Part shown: in pieces, positions 62,513 through 64,000 of the stretch | Position numbering within the stretch: position 1 is the first letter of the stretch | Layout: each line of letters begins with the position of its first letter | From: Lama glama | Lineage: Eukaryota | Direction: 5' to 3' | NCBI GenBank assembly: GCA_028534125.1 | Contig: CM052818.1 | Coordinates: forward strand, 1,056,001 to 1,120,000 | DNA length: 64,000 nt | Made by a program: the position numbers and the translations under genes | Notes under the pieces: model-generated | The model's input: the letters and a program-made list of their open reading frames with translations, nothing else | What the model was told of the DNA's origin: nothing | Databases searched by the model: none

Positions 62513-64000
62513 TCCCCTTCACTCCCATTCCCGGAAGGGGTGGCCTAGCCCCACTCCCCAACAGGGCTCACGCCATCCCTCCCTCCCGCTGAACTCACTC
62601 TCACCCGGGTCTGGGTGCAGCCTGTCCTCCGTTGTCACCCCCCCTCCCCCTCTCTCCTGCCTCAGCTGGGCTGCTGGAAGTGGGCCCTTTGGACTCCCAT
62701 TGGCAGCATCAAGTTCTGAGTACAATTTGTGTGTCTTTTGGAGCCCTGGGTCTTTCCCACCTGCCTATTTTCATACCCCTTAGCTTTGGGGGCTCCAGGG
62801 GATTGGAACAAAGAATTTAGCCCGCAAGATGGAGCAGGGGTGAGCTGCAATTCGATGTGGTGTCTGGGACATACTTTACGACCCCCAGTTTTCCCATGGC
62901 TGAACCCTTGTCCTCTCCATCTCCCTCCAGCCTCTGGAGTGCTCCTAGTAACTGGGGCTGTGGCAGGGACCAAGCTGCTCAGTTGTCTGTGAGTTTTGGG
63001 CAACCAGGGCACCTGCTTTTCAGCCTCGTGTCTGTTCCTTCCCCCAGGAGCAGGGAGTCTGCGTGGTCTAGTCTCGTCTCTGCCGTGTCCTGACTCTGCT
63101 TGTTTTTCAGCTGTTTGCGGTGCGAGTGTGGGGTGGGAGGAGGGAGGTGTTGTGTGTGCTCCAGGCCACTCCCCGCCATCCTCTTCTGACTTTTGCATTG
63201 AGTGTCGTGTGTGAACGTGTGGAGAGCTGGGACAGGTTGGCAGGAAGTGGTCCTTCACCCACCTCCAAGGGGTGGGCGCCTCTGGGCTTTGGACTGCTTA
63301 TGTTTGGGGACCAAACCTCCAACTCTGTTCTGGTTGCCTGTCCAGATGCCAAAACTCTGTGCTGCTGCCGGGTTTGAACTTTTGGAAACCGATTAAAATG
63401 TGCCTTTTGTGGGTGGGGTCAAAAGCCTCTGGATGTAGACCTCTCCCTCTCTGTGGTGTCCCCCTTCCCTCCTGTTGAGCACATGGGGTTGGATCTGTTC
63501 GGGTCCTGGGAATAAGAAAGGAGGATGGGGGCAGCCCCGCCACATGCTCTGCCCCTCCCTTAGAATTCATTTCTGCTAAGGTTCTGACCAAGCTGCTGCT
63601 GCTCCCTCACCCTCCCTGCCATCTTCTCCTCCTCCCTCAGCCCCAACTGACGAGTGTCCTCAGATAAAAACTACAGTCTGGAAGTGGGGGGAGGGTCCCC
63701 ACTCTGCCTACACTTAGCAAAAAGCCTTTGTTGCCCTCCCATCGATCCACTAGGTGCTGACCAGCCTGCCCCTTCTGCCCCATTGCCTTGCCTGGCTTGG
63801 CTACAGTGCACTTTGAAACAAAGTGCCTGTCCTTTGGCCCAGCCCCTGGTTTGCTTGCAGAAAACATGGCAGGCTTCCCTGTGGCTTCTGCAGGGAACCT
63901 TTGGTGGCTGGGGGCACTCTGCCTCAGCAAAAGTTGTTGGGGGGAGGAGGTGCCGAAGGAGGGTACCTTTGGCCCAATGAGGTGAGAGCTTCCGTGAGAT
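62513..64000 (+). other. RAB11FIP5: RAB11FIP5 3' UTR (probably continues beyond the window)
   Basis: Follows the stop codon; I found no AATAAA, and one ATTAAA at 63392-63397. Confidence 0.8.

Overview
Mammalian genomic DNA, most likely a camelid (a Vic-1-type tRNA-derived SINE lies at 12.8-12.9 kb). The right half holds the complete coding region of RAB11FIP5 (Rip11/Gaf-1, class I Rab11-family interacting protein) on the + strand. It has a CpG-island promoter (~35.2-36.7 kb) and five constitutive coding exons (36132-36562, 49735-50171, 50306-51005, 61886-62075, 62309-62512; 1962 nt, 653 aa). A frame-preserving 1989-nt cassette exon (56809-58797) would give a 1316-aa long isoform with three NPF motifs. 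The 3' UTR runs off the window end. The left ~35 kb is intergenic and full of repeats (L1s of several ages, L2, MIR, MLT1 LTRs, a MER82-type Tigger), with two GC-rich candidate regulatory islands (~0.7-1.6 kb and ~4.4-5.05 kb). There are two placeholder assembly gaps (100 N and 500 N). I see no convincing evidence of a wholly new biological system. The most unusual items are atypical L1-derived insertions (a tailless 5'-UTR-only copy with TSD, a 5'UTR+3'UTR internally deleted copy with TSD, a 62-bp young 3'-end copy), the motif content of the giant exon, and a possible distal alternative promoter. Repeat-family names and orthologue comparisons are from recognition, not database searches.
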